Positions 18,553 to 28,968 are shown, numbered from the stretch's first letter. The stretch: DNA of 64,000 bases from a bacterium (GCA_044869275.1 JBIOXB010000139.1:32001-96000), one strand, 5' to 3'. Program-made: numbers and translations. Notes: generated by a model not told the origin, from the sequence alone.

Positions 18553-19023
18553 ATGAAAAAACCCGTAATCGTTATGGCGGGCGTGTTCGCCCTTACGCTG
18601 TGGCAAGTTGGATGCTCTGCCCCTCACCGCATCTCGAGGCCAGCAAAACTGCACATTGTTTCTTCGCCGCGCTTGAATCTGGATGAAAATGGCTACGCCC
18701 ATCCCGTCGAAGTCCGAATTTACTTTTTGAGATCGCACCACGCTTTTGCAAGCCGTAAATCGCTTGAGCTTTGGGAAAATGATGATGCGATTTTGACCCG
18801 AGACCTGATTTGGAAGAATCAAATAACAGTTTTTCCTGCTCGGGATAACACGATGATTCTCCCGAGGCCAGAGCTGGCGCAAGCAGGTTATCTAGGCATC
18901 GTTGCCAATTATATCAAACCCCGCCTGAACCAGAACAAGGATGTCTTTGCTTTGCACCAGGGCCAAAGCTTCACGCTGAAGCTTGAGCCTCGACATCTCA
19001 GCCTCGAAGTCAACAGCAATTGA
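18553..19023 (+). CDS. tssJ: T6SS outer-membrane lipoprotein TssJ (VasD/SciN)
   Basis: Lipobox QVGC; LNLDENGYAHPVEVRIYFL; YLGIVANY; upstream of tssL and tssM. Confidence 0.8.
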   Translation: MKKPVIVMAGVFALTLWQVGCSAPHRISRPAKLHIVSSPRLNLDENGYAHPVEVRIYFLRSHHAFASRKSLELWENDDAILTRDLIWKNQITVFPARDNTMILPRPELAQAGYLGIVANYIKPRLNQNKDVFALHQGQSFTLKLEPRHLSLEVNSN

Positions 19024-19096
19024 GCCAGAAGATATGATTCACGCACGCATCACGAAGCTTTGAACAGGCAACGAATCGTCAATTCAGGATAGAAAA

Positions 19097-19822
19097 TTGA
19101 ACTCGAGCTTACCCAACACCGAGCAGAAGCTGGCGGAATTGTGCACGAACATTTTTTCACTGGCATTATGGCTGCGTACGCAAAGCGATTTGGGCGCGCC
19201 TGAGAATCTGCGCCAAAAAATTCTCCCGTTGTTTACCAAGATGGAGACGGAGGGCGCCCAAAGAGGTGTCCCGCCCGTCGATCTACGCGAGGCAAAATTT
19301 GCCCTCACCGCTTTGCTCGATGAAACGCTCATGGGTTCGTCCTGGCCCGGCAAAAGCAATTGGGAAAAGCGCATGTTGCAAGACGAGCTCTTCAACACCA
19401 CCAATGCTGGCGAGGAGTTTTTCATCAAGCTCGAACAATTGCGACGCGCAGAGAGTAAAGAAACCGCAGTGTTGGAAGTCTTTCATTGGTGCTTACTGCT
19501 CGGCTTCGAAGGCAAGTATAATGACCGCGAGACACTCGATACGCTCATCTGGGAACTCAGCCAGGAACTAGGCCTGAAGATGTTCTCTTTGCAACAGGAA
19601 TTGTCGCCGGGCTTGAGGCCGCTGGAGCGAGCTTCCCACGTGCGCCAACGAAGCCCGATATCCGCGGGCATCATCTGCGCGGTCTGCATGGTGGGAAGCT
19701 TGCTTTGTTTCTTGATTTTGGAAAACCGTCTCAGCGCACAAGCGGAAACCGTTAAAGCGCGCCTCGAATGGATACTGGCGAAACCCTCGCCCGGACAAGA
19801 AGGAGCTCAAAGGACAAAATGA
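19097..19822 (+). CDS. tssL: TssL/DotU family protein
   Basis: AKFALTALLDE, LQDELF, AGEEFF, CLLLGFEGKY, C-terminal TM. Confidence 0.92.
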   Translation: MNSSLPNTEQKLAELCTNIFSLALWLRTQSDLGAPENLRQKILPLFTKMETEGAQRGVPPVDLREAKFALTALLDETLMGSSWPGKSNWEKRMLQDELFNTTNAGEEFFIKLEQLRRAESKETAVLEVFHWCLLLGFEGKYNDRETLDTLIWELSQELGLKMFSLQQELSPGLRPLERASHVRQRSPISAGIICAVCMVGSLLCFLILENRLSAQAETVKARLEWILAKPSPGQEGAQRTK

Positions 19823-19951
19823 TTGGAGGCGTAACGATTTTTGGAATCGTTACGTTTTGCCTTTCGAAGTTTTTGTCTGATGAACGGCCCTTTGGCTCTT
19901 TGGTTTTTGAGGTGAACGAGCCCGAAAAAGACCTATGCACAAACGGACCCA

Positions 19952-22900
19952 ATGGAACATCCTCAATCTTCAAAACAATCTCAGCATACCCGCCTTGGAA
20001 TAATGCCGGAGAGTGCGCCGCTGCCAACGGTGGCGACGGAAAACGCAGATTTAGTCACTTCTGCTCAGGCAGAGCTACCACGTGAACCGCATATCCCCCA
20101 ATTCTCGGAAACCATTCAAAGTTCTCGTCGCCGCAGGCCGTTTGAAAAGCAGCCTTGGTACTTGATCACGGGACCGCTGGGCAGCGGCAAGAGCACGGCG
20201 TTACGACACTCGGGAATGAAGCCTTCGCGGGACACTGCTTGGAAAATCACAAAAGGAAAGACTGCGCCTGCAACTAAGGATTATGAATTCTATTCCACGC
20301 ATGATACGGTTTGGGTAGACGCCTCGGGCCGCTACGTCGATCTCAGCAGCGATACCTTGAATCTCGAAGAATGGCGGGCCTTTTTCAAGCAACTGGCCAA
20401 GCAGCGCTCGCCAAAAGCTTTTCAGGGTTTGCTGGTCATGGTCAGCATGGTGGAGCACACACCCGGGCGGTTCGGAATTTTGACAGCCAATGCGCAAGCG
20501 CTCGAGCGCCAAGCTTTACTGCTGCGTAATTTCATCGACGAGCTCATGGCACTGTTCGGTTCGCGCTTCCCAGTATATCTGATCGTGACCAAGTGCGATC
20601 TGGTGAGCGGTTTCATTGAATTTTTTGATGATCTCGGGGAGGCCGAGTGCCAACAAGTGTGGGGTAGCACCTTTGCGTCAACGTTATCACAACCCGGAGC
20701 AGGCTTAGAGAGTTTTGGACAAGAATGTGAACAGTTGCAGCACGTGCTCAAAATGCGGAGGTCGAGCAAGCTCCTGGACGCGGAAACTACGGAGGGCAAG
20801 CGTGAGATTTATAACTTTCCCCTACAATGGTGGGAATGCCAACGCCGGCTCGCGAGTTTTGTTGCCGCACTTTTTCAACACGATCCGGACCATGAACCGG
20901 TATTTTGGCGAGGTTTTTATTTTATTAGCAGCGTACAGGAAGGTCTAACGATCGATGGGGTTGGCCGAAGCATAAACGACTACCTAGGCCTGCCTGCGGA
21001 AAATCCCAAGCCGGTCAGAAGCGAACAGAAGAGTTTTTTTCTCAAAAATCTGTTCACACAGTTGATTCTCGCGGATCGCTATTTGATGCAACCACATCCC
21101 GCAGTTGATCGCCGCCAACAAATGCGGCAATGGGTAGGCGTGGCCGCGGCTATTCTACTGGCAGGAATCTTGATTAGCGGTTTTTCAATCTCCTATTACG
21201 GGAACAAGCGCTTGCTGCAGGCCGCACAGCAAGCGGCTGAGCGCGCAGCACCTCTTGCGCAAAAAAATATGCCGCGCGATCTATTCGCACTGGATAGCTT
21301 GCGGGTCCTGGTGAAAAGCCTGGAGAAGCAAAAACCATTCGCGCTGCGTTGGGGCCTGTATCAGGGAGAAAGAATAGTGCAGCCCACGCGGAAAATCTAT
21401 TTTGCAAGCTTGCTGCGCGCCCTGGTGCATCCCGTCCAGGCCTCTTTGGAACAGCGGCTCAATCAGCCATTCTTTTGCGCCGGGAATCGCGATTCTTGTT
21501 ACCTGCTGCTCAAAACGTATCTTATGCTGGACACGAGCCGGTGCCAATTGGATGAAAGTCTCCTGCGCCGCAAAATGTTCGAGATCAGTCAGGAGCTTTA
21601 TCGCAGGCCGCTGCCCAGCGGAGATGCCAGTGCCTTGGCGCGGCAGATCGATTTCTATGTGGCGCACTTCAAAGATCCCAACCATCCGGCACTGCGCCTC
21701 AACGAAAACTTGGTGCAAATGGCGCGCAGGCAGTTGCAAGGCGTGGCCACCGTGGAAATGGTTTATACCAATGCGAAAGCCGCTGCCGAGCAAGCCCCAC
21801 TCATGGCAATAGCTTTGGAAACCATCTTTCAAAACCAAGAACAGGATCTTATGGCGGGAGATTACTCCGTTCCTGGTTTGTTCACCAAGCCCGGCTGGGA
21901 ACGCTTACGAGCCGAGCTGGAAAAGTTCAGCAGCACTGAGCAGCAACGAGATTGCGTTTTGGGTCTGGCAACTGGCCCTCTGGCGAGCCGGTCCGATCGC
22001 GCAAAGATGCAGACACAGATCGAGAATCTGTATTTCAAAGAGTATCATGAACATTGGCGCCGCTTCATACAGGGTATCTCCTTGCGGCGTTTTAGAAATC
22101 TCAAAGATGCCGCCCAGTCTCTTAACGTGCTCACAGGACAGTCCTCACCGCTGATGACGCTGGTGAAAATCATCGCCGAGCATACGGACCTCAAGCAAGA
22201 ATTGACGCAGGCGCAATTCGCGGAAAATCCCTCGCCTTTCGAAGCGACGCCCCCGCTTGTGCAAGTAAAGCAAGATTTTCAACCCATTCAGCGTTTATTG
22301 TTGGTGCAAGACGGAACGGTAACGCCGCCCCCTATCACTCCATATTTTGACGCATTGGCGGAGCTGGGCGATGCGATGCAGGAGATCTCCGCGGCGCCGG
22401 AGGGCGGAGCCACCGCTTTTGCGCAAGAGCTTCTTTCCGGCAAAAATAATGCTTTATCGCGCGGGATGGAGAATATCGGGCGCATCTTGGGCCATCGTGA
22501 TAGCTTGCTGCGACCCCTGTGCGAACAACCCTTTAAATATTCCTGGGCTGTGATTCTGGTTGCGGCACAAGCGCACCTCAATAAGCTTTGGGCCAATGCC
22601 GTGTACACCCCCTTCGTCGAGACGCTCGCGACCAAGTATCCTTTTGATCCTCAAGGCCGCGAGGACGCGAGCCGCACAGAAGCGGGCGACTTTTTCAAAC
22701 CAATAAACGGAACCTTCTGGAGTTTTTTTGATAAACACCTCGCTGGATTCGTCGATCACCAGTCCGGGCGGACGAAAAGCCAGCCAGGATTCGAGGGCAT
22801 TCGCTTATCCGATGATTTTCGTGAAGGCCTTGCGCAGGCAGATTTCCTCTCGAAGAACCTTGTTGCCGCGGAGCGGCAAACACAACCGATCTTTTTGCGC

Positions 22901-23263
22901 CTGCAACCGGAGCCACCGCAGAATGCACCAAACATTGATGCCATCGAGCTGTACTATGACGGTAAAGCCTACCAGTACAAGATGGGGCAGCGACCGATAT
23001 GGACCCTCACCTGGCCGGTGGCCAATCAAAAGGTTCAAATCATTGCCAAAACACAAAACCGGATACTCGCGATAAAAGTTTTTGCCGGTCATTGGGCGCT
23101 GTTTAGAATGCTGCGCGCTGCCAGAATGGAGCAACACACCCTGTATTGGAATTTCGAAGGAATGAAGACCAATATCGGGTTCACGGTGGTTGAAATGAGC
23201 CCCACTTTGTTACCCATGATAAAAAACCTGCAAAGCTTTCACTGCCCGGGCAAGTTAGACTAA
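19952..23263 (+). CDS. tssM: TssM/IcmF family protein
   Basis: PWYLITGPLGSGKS, DASGRY, FPVYLIVTKCDLVSGFIEFF, RGFYF, KYPF, WALFRML; single TM. Confidence 0.92.
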   Translation: MEHPQSSKQSQHTRLGIMPESAPLPTVATENADLVTSAQAELPREPHIPQFSETIQSSRRRRPFEKQPWYLITGPLGSGKSTALRHSGMKPSRDTAWKITKGKTAPATKDYEFYSTHDTVWVDASGRYVDLSSDTLNLEEWRAFFKQLAKQRSPKAFQGLLVMVSMVEHTPGRFGILTANAQALERQALLLRNFIDELMALFGSRFPVYLIVTKCDLVSGFIEFFDDLGEAECQQVWGSTFASTLSQPGAGLESFGQECEQLQHVLKMRRSSKLLDAETTEGKREIYNFPLQWWECQRRLASFVAALFQHDPDHEPVFWRGFYFISSVQEGLTIDGVGRSINDYLGLPAENPKPVRSEQKSFFLKNLFTQLILADRYLMQPHPAVDRRQQMRQWVGVAAAILLAGILISGFSISYYGNKRLLQAAQQAAERAAPLAQKNMPRDLFALDSLRVLVKSLEKQKPFALRWGLYQGERIVQPTRKIYFASLLRALVHPVQASLEQRLNQPFFCAGNRDSCYLLLKTYLMLDTSRCQLDESLLRRKMFEISQELYRRPLPSGDASALARQIDFYVAHFKDPNHPALRLNENLVQMARRQLQGVATVEMVYTNAKAAAEQAPLMAIALETIFQNQEQDLMAGDYSVPGLFTKPGWERLRAELEKFSSTEQQRDCVLGLATGPLASRSDRAKMQTQIENLYFKEYHEHWRRFIQGISLRRFRNLKDAAQSLNVLTGQSSPLMTLVKIIAEHTDLKQELTQAQFAENPSPFEATPPLVQVKQDFQPIQRLLLVQDGTVTPPPITPYFDALAELGDAMQEISAAPEGGATAFAQELLSGKNNALSRGMENIGRILGHRDSLLRPLCEQPFKYSWAVILVAAQAHLNKLWANAVYTPFVETLATKYPFDPQGREDASRTEAGDFFKPINGTFWSFFDKHLAGFVDHQSGRTKSQPGFEGIRLSDDFREGLAQADFLSKNLVAAERQTQPIFLRLQPEPPQNAPNIDAIELYYDGKAYQYKMGQRPIWTLTWPVANQKVQIIAKTQNRILAIKVFAGHWALFRMLRAARMEQHTLYWNFEGMKTNIGFTVVEMSPTLLPMIKNLQSFHCPGKLD

Positions 23264-23374
23264 AATGACGGCGCGCAAGGGCGATCAGGCGGTGCATGGG
23301 GGTGTCATTGTTGCCGGTTGTCCGACCGTAATCATTGGGGATTCGGGCGGCTAACCTTCACGAAAAGACAGCTA

Positions 23375-23587
23375 TCAAACAGTGACATGAATGGTTTCTA
23401 AATAGACGGAATCATTTTGCGGTACAAGTAGGTCGCTTTTCATGTTTGACATAGTTTCCAAATACCCTACGATCGCTTCGGCGGTATTTTTTCTCACCTC
23501 TACGACAGTTTCTCCGATCGCATTGCAGCCGGGCAGGTCTGGACAATAGGCCCAATAGCCGTCTCCTTCCTCATTTTTCTGAATCAC
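23375..23587 (-). CDS. HicB family antitoxin (short form)
   Basis: YWAYCPDLPGCNAIGETVVEVRKNTAEAI; start uncertain. Confidence 0.8.
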   Translation of the reverse strand: MIQKNEEGDGYWAYCPDLPGCNAIGETVVEVRKNTAEAIVGYLETMSNMKSDLLVPQNDSVYLETIHVTV

Positions 23588-23664
23588 GACTTTGCATTTA
23601 CAGACACACTAACATGCTGTAAAATATTACCGTTAGCTGATAGAATCAAGTTTTTCGATCCGCA

Positions 23665-23940
23665 ATGCCCGAAAATATGTTCGAATGTCCTCGACGAGCA
23701 GCTCGGGCTCTTCCAACGCGGCAAAATGGCCGCCGCGAGCAGGGTTCGCGCGTCCTGCCCATCATCGTTCGTCCCTGCAAGTGGCAAAGCGAGCCGGCGC
23801 TCAGCAGCCTGCAAGCCTTGCCGAAAGACGGCAAGGCAGTGATTACTTTCTCCAAAGACAACGGTGACCGAGATCAAGCTTGGTCGGACATTACGACTGC
23901 TATTGAAAAACGCGCCAGAGAGAAATCGAAAGTGATTTGA
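23665..23940 (+). pseudogene. C-terminal half of a TIR domain protein
   Basis: RVLPIIVRPCKWQ...LQALPKDGKAV...RDQAWSDI; the N-terminal FISY motif and catalytic Glu region are not recognisable. Confidence 0.7.
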
Positions 23941-23952
23941 TAACGTTAAGCC

Positions 23953-23981
23953 GTAGAGACGTTCCGGCGGAACGTCTCTAC
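23953..23981. repeat. GTAG-type REP palindrome
   Basis: gtagagacgttcc-ggc-ggaacgtctctac: perfect 13-bp stem between convergent genes. Confidence 0.75.
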
Positions 23982-23990
23982 AATGCGCTT

Positions 23991-24710
23991 TCACATGCCC
24001 GCATAAAGCAGCTTTAACGCCGTGACGAACACCGGGGCAAAGACATAGTCATACGCCCTCCATGCCACCAGAATGCCCAGCATGGCAAAGTTCGGATTTT
24101 GGGTGAAAGCCCAAAAACTTCGCGCCGCGTTTTCGCTGAGGAACAGCCCGACGACGGTATGGCCGTCCAACGGCGGCAAGAGCATGAGATTGAAAGTGGC
24201 AAGCAGCAAATTCAACGAGAAAAGAATACTGAGAAACTTCGCCAGCACACCGGGCCAGCCTGCGGTACTGGTCTCTACAATCCTAGTAAAACCGATTTCG
24301 TCCGCACTGGTGGGCTGGTGAATGAAGCCCGTCGAAGCGCCAATGAAAATGCCGGCCACGGCGATCAACACCAACACCAAATTGGCAAGCGGCCCGGCAA
24401 GCGCCATCCAGGCGGCGCGCTTGGGGTAGCGCTGTTGCCAAAGCGGATCATACGGCGCGCTCGCCCAGCCCATCATCCAGCCGCTCAAAGCAAACGAGAG
24501 CAGCGGAATCACGACGGTTCCGAAGGGCGCGCGTTGGATATGCGGCCAGGGATTGAGGCTGACTTGCCCGCCTTCGTAAGCCGTCAAATCGCCGCCGAGT
24601 TTGGCAGCAAAAGCGTGCGCCGCTTCGTGGCAGGTGAGTGAAAAGAGGAAGATCACATACCAAATTGGAAACAGCCCAAAATTTTCGAGTGACATTTTGT
24701 GAATCCCCAT
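23991..24710 (-). CDS. Site-2 protease (M50) family protein
   Basis: HEAAH, AGPLAN, FNLMLLPPLDG. Confidence 0.93.
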   Translation of the reverse strand: MGIHKMSLENFGLFPIWYVIFLFSLTCHEAAHAFAAKLGGDLTAYEGGQVSLNPWPHIQRAPFGTVVIPLLSFALSGWMMGWASAPYDPLWQQRYPKRAAWMALAGPLANLVLVLIAVAGIFIGASTGFIHQPTSADEIGFTRIVETSTAGWPGVLAKFLSILFSLNLLLATFNLMLLPPLDGHTVVGLFLSENAARSFWAFTQNPNFAMLGILVAWRAYDYVFAPVFVTALKLLYAGM

Positions 24711-25062
24711 TTAAGGTCGGAGGTTTTGAATTCTGAATAAAACAAATTTCAGGGAAATGTCAACAGCTAATAATGGCCCTGCCCAAGGCCTCCAATACAA
24801 GCGGTAATGCAAGCACCGTGCTTGCGGCCATGAGAACGATGCCCCGCCGGATTGCGTCAGTTGTCCTTCATCTCCATTTCCTGCCGTTTATCCCTCCCAG
24901 ACGACCGCTCATCGCCTAACTGTGATCTTTTTCTTTTTGAGTGCGTATCTTTGTCTCAACAAAACGCAGCGGCCCTGCACTTTGACCTCCCTTGCAGACG
25001 GACACACTCCGTCGGTCCCGACACCGGCTGTTTTAGTTGTTGGGCGGCCGTGAGGAAAACAT

Positions 25063-25809
25063 ATGGCACTTCTAATTCTAATCGTTTTGTACGCGATTGC
25101 CCTTTCCGCAGCGCTGGCGCGCGCAGGTTACCGCGCGCGAATCGCTCCTTCGGGTGACACCTCTCGCAGGCGTCCCTCACGAATTCTCATTGTAGGTGCC
25201 ACAGGCGGCACTGGCCGCCAGCTTGTCATGCAAGCATTGGAGCGCGGTTACATGGTCACGGCGCTTGTACGAAACCCTGCAAAGCTGCAGGTCGAACATC
25301 CGCAACTTTCGGTCGTGCAAGGTGATGTCCTAGACTACGGCTCCGTCGATATGGCCATGCGCGGCCAAGAGGCCGTGGTCTCCGCCCTGGGGCACAAACG
25401 GTTCTTCTATCCCACTCGCATTCTGTCCGAAGGAACGCGGAACATTCTGCGGGCGATGGCGGCTCATAGCGTCCCGAGACTCGTCTGCCAAACTTCTCTC
25501 GGCATCGGAGACAGCGTCGGCCGTATGGGTTTGTACTACACGTTTTTCACGATCCCGATGATTTTACCCTTCTACTTCTGGGATAAGACGCGGCAAGAAC
25601 GAATCATCGCGGAAAGTAACGCGGAGTGGGTGATTGTGCGGCCAGGGTTGCTGACCAATGGCGGCAAGCGAGGTCGATACAACTCTGGTCGCCAGGTTGG
25701 CAGTTTCTTTGGAACGGTGCACATTTCCCGTGCTGACGTCGCAGATTTCATGCTCAACCAGCTGGAGTCTGATACGTTTCTGCACACCGCGACGGGCGTG
25801 GCGTGGTAA
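25063..25809 (+). CDS. NAD(P)H-binding SDR (flavin/biliverdin reductase-like)
   Basis: GATGGTG, WVIVRPG, ISRADVADFML. Confidence 0.88.
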   Translation: MALLILIVLYAIALSAALARAGYRARIAPSGDTSRRRPSRILIVGATGGTGRQLVMQALERGYMVTALVRNPAKLQVEHPQLSVVQGDVLDYGSVDMAMRGQEAVVSALGHKRFFYPTRILSEGTRNILRAMAAHSVPRLVCQTSLGIGDSVGRMGLYYTFFTIPMILPFYFWDKTRQERIIAESNAEWVIVRPGLLTNGGKRGRYNSGRQVGSFFGTVHISRADVADFMLNQLESDTFLHTATGVAW

Positions 25810-25865
25810 AGCGGGCACTGCTAGCGTACGTTAAAGTTCTCTGACCCTCATGCAAGGAACTTCTC

Positions 25866-26102
25866 ATGTTAGATCAAATCATTCGCGTCTTTCTGTGGCT
25901 CCATATCGCCGCGGTCTCTGCGTTTGCCGTGGTGAATTTGACCTTTTTGCCTCCCTTGGTGCGCTGGTTGGGACCAACGGCCATCGGTGTGCCACTGTTG
26001 AGTCTGTGGATTGGATATTATAAGAACAAATTTCATCACGGCAAAAAGCCCGCAGACGTGGCCATCATTCGTGAACCGGAGTTGTTGCAGGAAGCAGCCT
26101 GA
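25866..26102 (+). pseudogene. Small membrane ORF, probably an internally deleted DUF2306-like gene
   Basis: N-terminal LWLHIAA joined directly to a C-terminal-like SAFAVVN...WLGPTAIG. Confidence 0.4.
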
Positions 26103-26252
26103 GTGCTGAAAAAGATGCCTACGGCATGACACGTTACTTACAGGGAATTCTGCTGAGAAGACCAAACGACCACGGGCAATACTGTTGAAGAGCTTTAGGC
26201 AAGATGATTAAATGGCAAAATGATTTGAAATTATTTCGCAAGGAGAATCAAT

Positions 26253-26945
26253 ATGTCTCCCGTCATCGAGTTTCATGATCTTCACAAAACCTATCTCCTC
26301 GGAAAATCCGAGGTGCCGGCCTTGCGCGGGATTTCGCTGCAAATTGACGTTGGTGAATTTGTGGCTCTAGCCGGTCCTTCCGGTTCCGGCAAAACCTCGG
26401 CGCTGAATTTGATGGGCTGCATCGACAAAGCCAGCTCCGGTGAGATTCTCTTTGAAGGGCAAAACATCACCAGCACCTCGTTGCCGGCATTGGCATCCGC
26501 CCGGCGCGAGAAGATTGGGTTCATTTTTCAAAACTTCAATCTCATTCCGGTGCTGACCGCTTACGAGAATGTGGAATATCCGCTGTTGTTACGTCATGTC
26601 GCTGCCAAGGATAGAAAGCAGCGCGTGCGGCAAGCCCTGGAATATACCGGTCTCCTGGATCGCGCCCGGCATAAACCCAATGAGCTTTCCGGCGGCCAGC
26701 GCCAGCGCGTTGCGATCGCCCGGGCCCTGGTGGGCGAACCGCGTGTGGTGCTGGCCGATGAACCGACTGCGAATCTCGATTCCATGACCGCGGCAGACAT
26801 CATCACGCTCATGCGCCGGTTGAATCAAGAACAGGGTGTGACTTTTGTGTTTTCCACGCACGATCCACACATGATGCAAGCGGCGCGCCGCTTGATTCAT
26901 TTGCGCGATGGTCAAATCACCGGAGAGGAGAAGGCACATGCTTAA
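26253..26945 (+). CDS. LolD/MacB-type ABC ATPase
   Basis: GPSGSGKT, LSGGQRQRV, LADEPTANLD, STHD. Confidence 0.95.
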   Translation: MSPVIEFHDLHKTYLLGKSEVPALRGISLQIDVGEFVALAGPSGSGKTSALNLMGCIDKASSGEILFEGQNITSTSLPALASARREKIGFIFQNFNLIPVLTAYENVEYPLLLRHVAAKDRKQRVRQALEYTGLLDRARHKPNELSGGQRQRVAIARALVGEPRVVLADEPTANLDSMTAADIITLMRRLNQEQGVTFVFSTHDPHMMQAARRLIHLRDGQITGEEKAHA

Positions 26946-28164
26946 ATTCATCCAGTTCGCAATCCGCAATGTTTTTCGCAACCAGCGTCGCACGCTCATC
27001 TCCCTGCTGGTCATGGTCTTTGGCGCCTGTGCCTTGATCCTGGCCGGCGGTTTTATGCTGCGCACATTTTGGGGATTGCGCGAAAGCACGATTCACGGCC
27101 AAACCGGGCATCTGCAAGTTTATCACCGCGACTATTTCAATCGCGAGGAGGAGAAAAGTCTCGAGCTTAGCCTCGAGAACTTGCCGGCCGTGCGCGAGCT
27201 CGCGCTTGCCAATCCCGAAGTCAATCTCGCGACGCCACGCATAGATTTGACCGGATTGATTTCCAACGGCGATAAATCTTCCATCTTCCTTGGCCAGGGC
27301 CTCGATCCGGAAAAGGAAGCGCAAATGATGGGCGCCTTTGGCCGGCCGGAAAACATTCTGGCGCTCAACGAGGGCACAGAGGATGAAGTCGTGCTCGGCG
27401 CCGGCCTGGCCAAAAGCTTGAATGTGAAGGAAAGCGATTATTTAACACTGATGAGCACGACCAGCGACGGCGCCCTCAATGCCATCGACGTTTTGGTCAA
27501 AGGAACTTTCTCCACCGGCATCAGCGATATCGACAAGCGCTTTTTGAAGGTGCGCAATGAAACCGCACAACGGCTCGCCAATACCGGCCGCGTGCGCAAT
27601 CTCGTGTTGCAGCTCGCGCGCACGGAGATGACGGAACCGGTGCGGCAGGATTTGCAGGCGAAATACGATCGCGCCGGCATGCCGGTGGTGGTGAAAACCT
27701 GGGAAGAGATGGCGCCTTACTATCGCAGCGTGGTGGGATTGTACTACGCCATTTTCGGATTTTTGATGCTGGTGATTTTCATCATCGTGCTCGCCAGCAC
27801 CGCCAATACCATCATCATGAGCATCAGCGAGCGCGTGCAGGAAATCGGCACACTCATGGCGATGGGGACTTCACGCGCCAAGGTCGTGCAGATGTTTTTA
27901 TATGAAGGGCTGGTGCTGGGAGGGCTCGGTGCCGTGCTGGGGATTCTCACCGCCGGTGGATTGAGCTGGTGGATCAATCAAGCCGGCATCGTGATGCCCC
28001 CGCCGCCGGGATGGGATCAAGGCTATGCTTTGAACATCCGTGTCGAGTTGTGGCTGGTCGGGGTCGTGTTGGGATTGATGATGGTCACCGCCGTGCTTTC
28101 GACGGTGATTCCCGCGGTGCGCGCCGCGCGCATGAAAATCGTGGATGCGCTCGGCCATGTTTGA
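26938..28164 (+). CDS. LolE/FtsX-like ABC permease
   Basis: RNVFRNQRRT, ERVQEIGTLMAMG, PAVRAARM; 4-TM layout. Confidence 0.92.
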   Translation: MLKFIQFAIRNVFRNQRRTLISLLVMVFGACALILAGGFMLRTFWGLRESTIHGQTGHLQVYHRDYFNREEEKSLELSLENLPAVRELALANPEVNLATPRIDLTGLISNGDKSSIFLGQGLDPEKEAQMMGAFGRPENILALNEGTEDEVVLGAGLAKSLNVKESDYLTLMSTTSDGALNAIDVLVKGTFSTGISDIDKRFLKVRNETAQRLANTGRVRNLVLQLARTEMTEPVRQDLQAKYDRAGMPVVVKTWEEMAPYYRSVVGLYYAIFGFLMLVIFIIVLASTANTIIMSISERVQEIGTLMAMGTSRAKVVQMFLYEGLVLGGLGAVLGILTAGGLSWWINQAGIVMPPPPGWDQGYALNIRVELWLVGVVLGLMMVTAVLSTVIPAVRAARMKIVDALGHV

Positions 28165-28196
28165 GGGCATTTAATTCCGCAACAAGGAGCTTCGCC

Positions 28197-28946
28197 ATGA
28201 AACCTGTTCTCCTGCTTTTTGCCTTTTGCTTTTTGTTGTTTGCTCTTTGCCTCTTGCCTTTTGCCGCTGGAGCGCAAACGGCCCGGGAAATTGTCGAGGC
28301 CTCGGATGACGCGCGCAATCTCAGTCAGTCTTTCAAAATGGCGATGCGCCTCACGGATTTTGAAAACGAAAAACAAAAGGACCAGGCTGAGTTCGAAGTG
28401 ATGGTCTCCGGCCGTGACAAGGGACTGGTAAAATTCGCCTCCGGACGCAATAAAGGCAATTATCTGTTGATGGCAGGCGACGACATGTGGATTTACCTCC
28501 CCAACACGCGCCTGCCGATTCGCATCACACCGATGCAACGCCTCATGGGCGACGCCAGCAACGGCGACGTCGCGCGTACCAATTATTCCCAGGATTACGA
28601 CGCCACCCTGCTCGGCGAAGAAACCCGTGAGGGTGTGAACTGCTGGCGGCTCGAGTTGAAAGCCAAATCCAAAGCGGCGACTTATCACCGCATTGAATAT
28701 TGGGTCGAGAAGGGAACGTTTCTGCCCACACGCGCCGACTTTTATCTCCTCTCCGGCAAGTTCTATAAGACGGCGCTCTTCGAGAAATTCGAGCCAAATT
28801 CGTTTGCTGATCGCTTTCTCACCCGCACGGTGCTGATCGATCGATTGCGGCCCGGCCGCAAAACCGTGATGGAGTATTTCCATGTGCGACCGGAAGACAT
28901 TCCCGACAAATATTTCAACAAGAATTATCTGCCGAATCTGGAGTAA
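28197..28946 (+). CDS. LolA-like outer-membrane lipoprotein-sorting protein
   Basis: Signal peptide; DDMWIYLP, RLMGDASNGD, YHRIEYWV; AAGGAG RBS. Confidence 0.85.
   Translation: MKPVLLLFAFCFLLFALCLLPFAAGAQTAREIVEASDDARNLSQSFKMAMRLTDFENEKQKDQAEFEVMVSGRDKGLVKFASGRNKGNYLLMAGDDMWIYLPNTRLPIRITPMQRLMGDASNGDVARTNYSQDYDATLLGEETREGVNCWRLELKAKSKAATYHRIEYWVEKGTFLPTRADFYLLSGKFYKTALFEKFEPNSFADRFLTRTVLIDRLRPGRKTVMEYFHVRPEDIPDKYFNKNYLPNLE
28217..28266 (+). repeat. Heptamer tandem array (ttttgcy) inside the signal-peptide coding region
   Basis: ttttgcc ttttgct ttttgtt gtttgct ctttgcc tcttgcc ttttgcc. Confidence 0.65.
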
Positions 28947-28968
28947 TTCCGCGGCAGTTGCCGGAGTG

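Noticed and set aside
24900..25060. Integron attC site (gcctaac)
   Set aside because: No matching GTTRRRY end with proper inner boxes and no integrase
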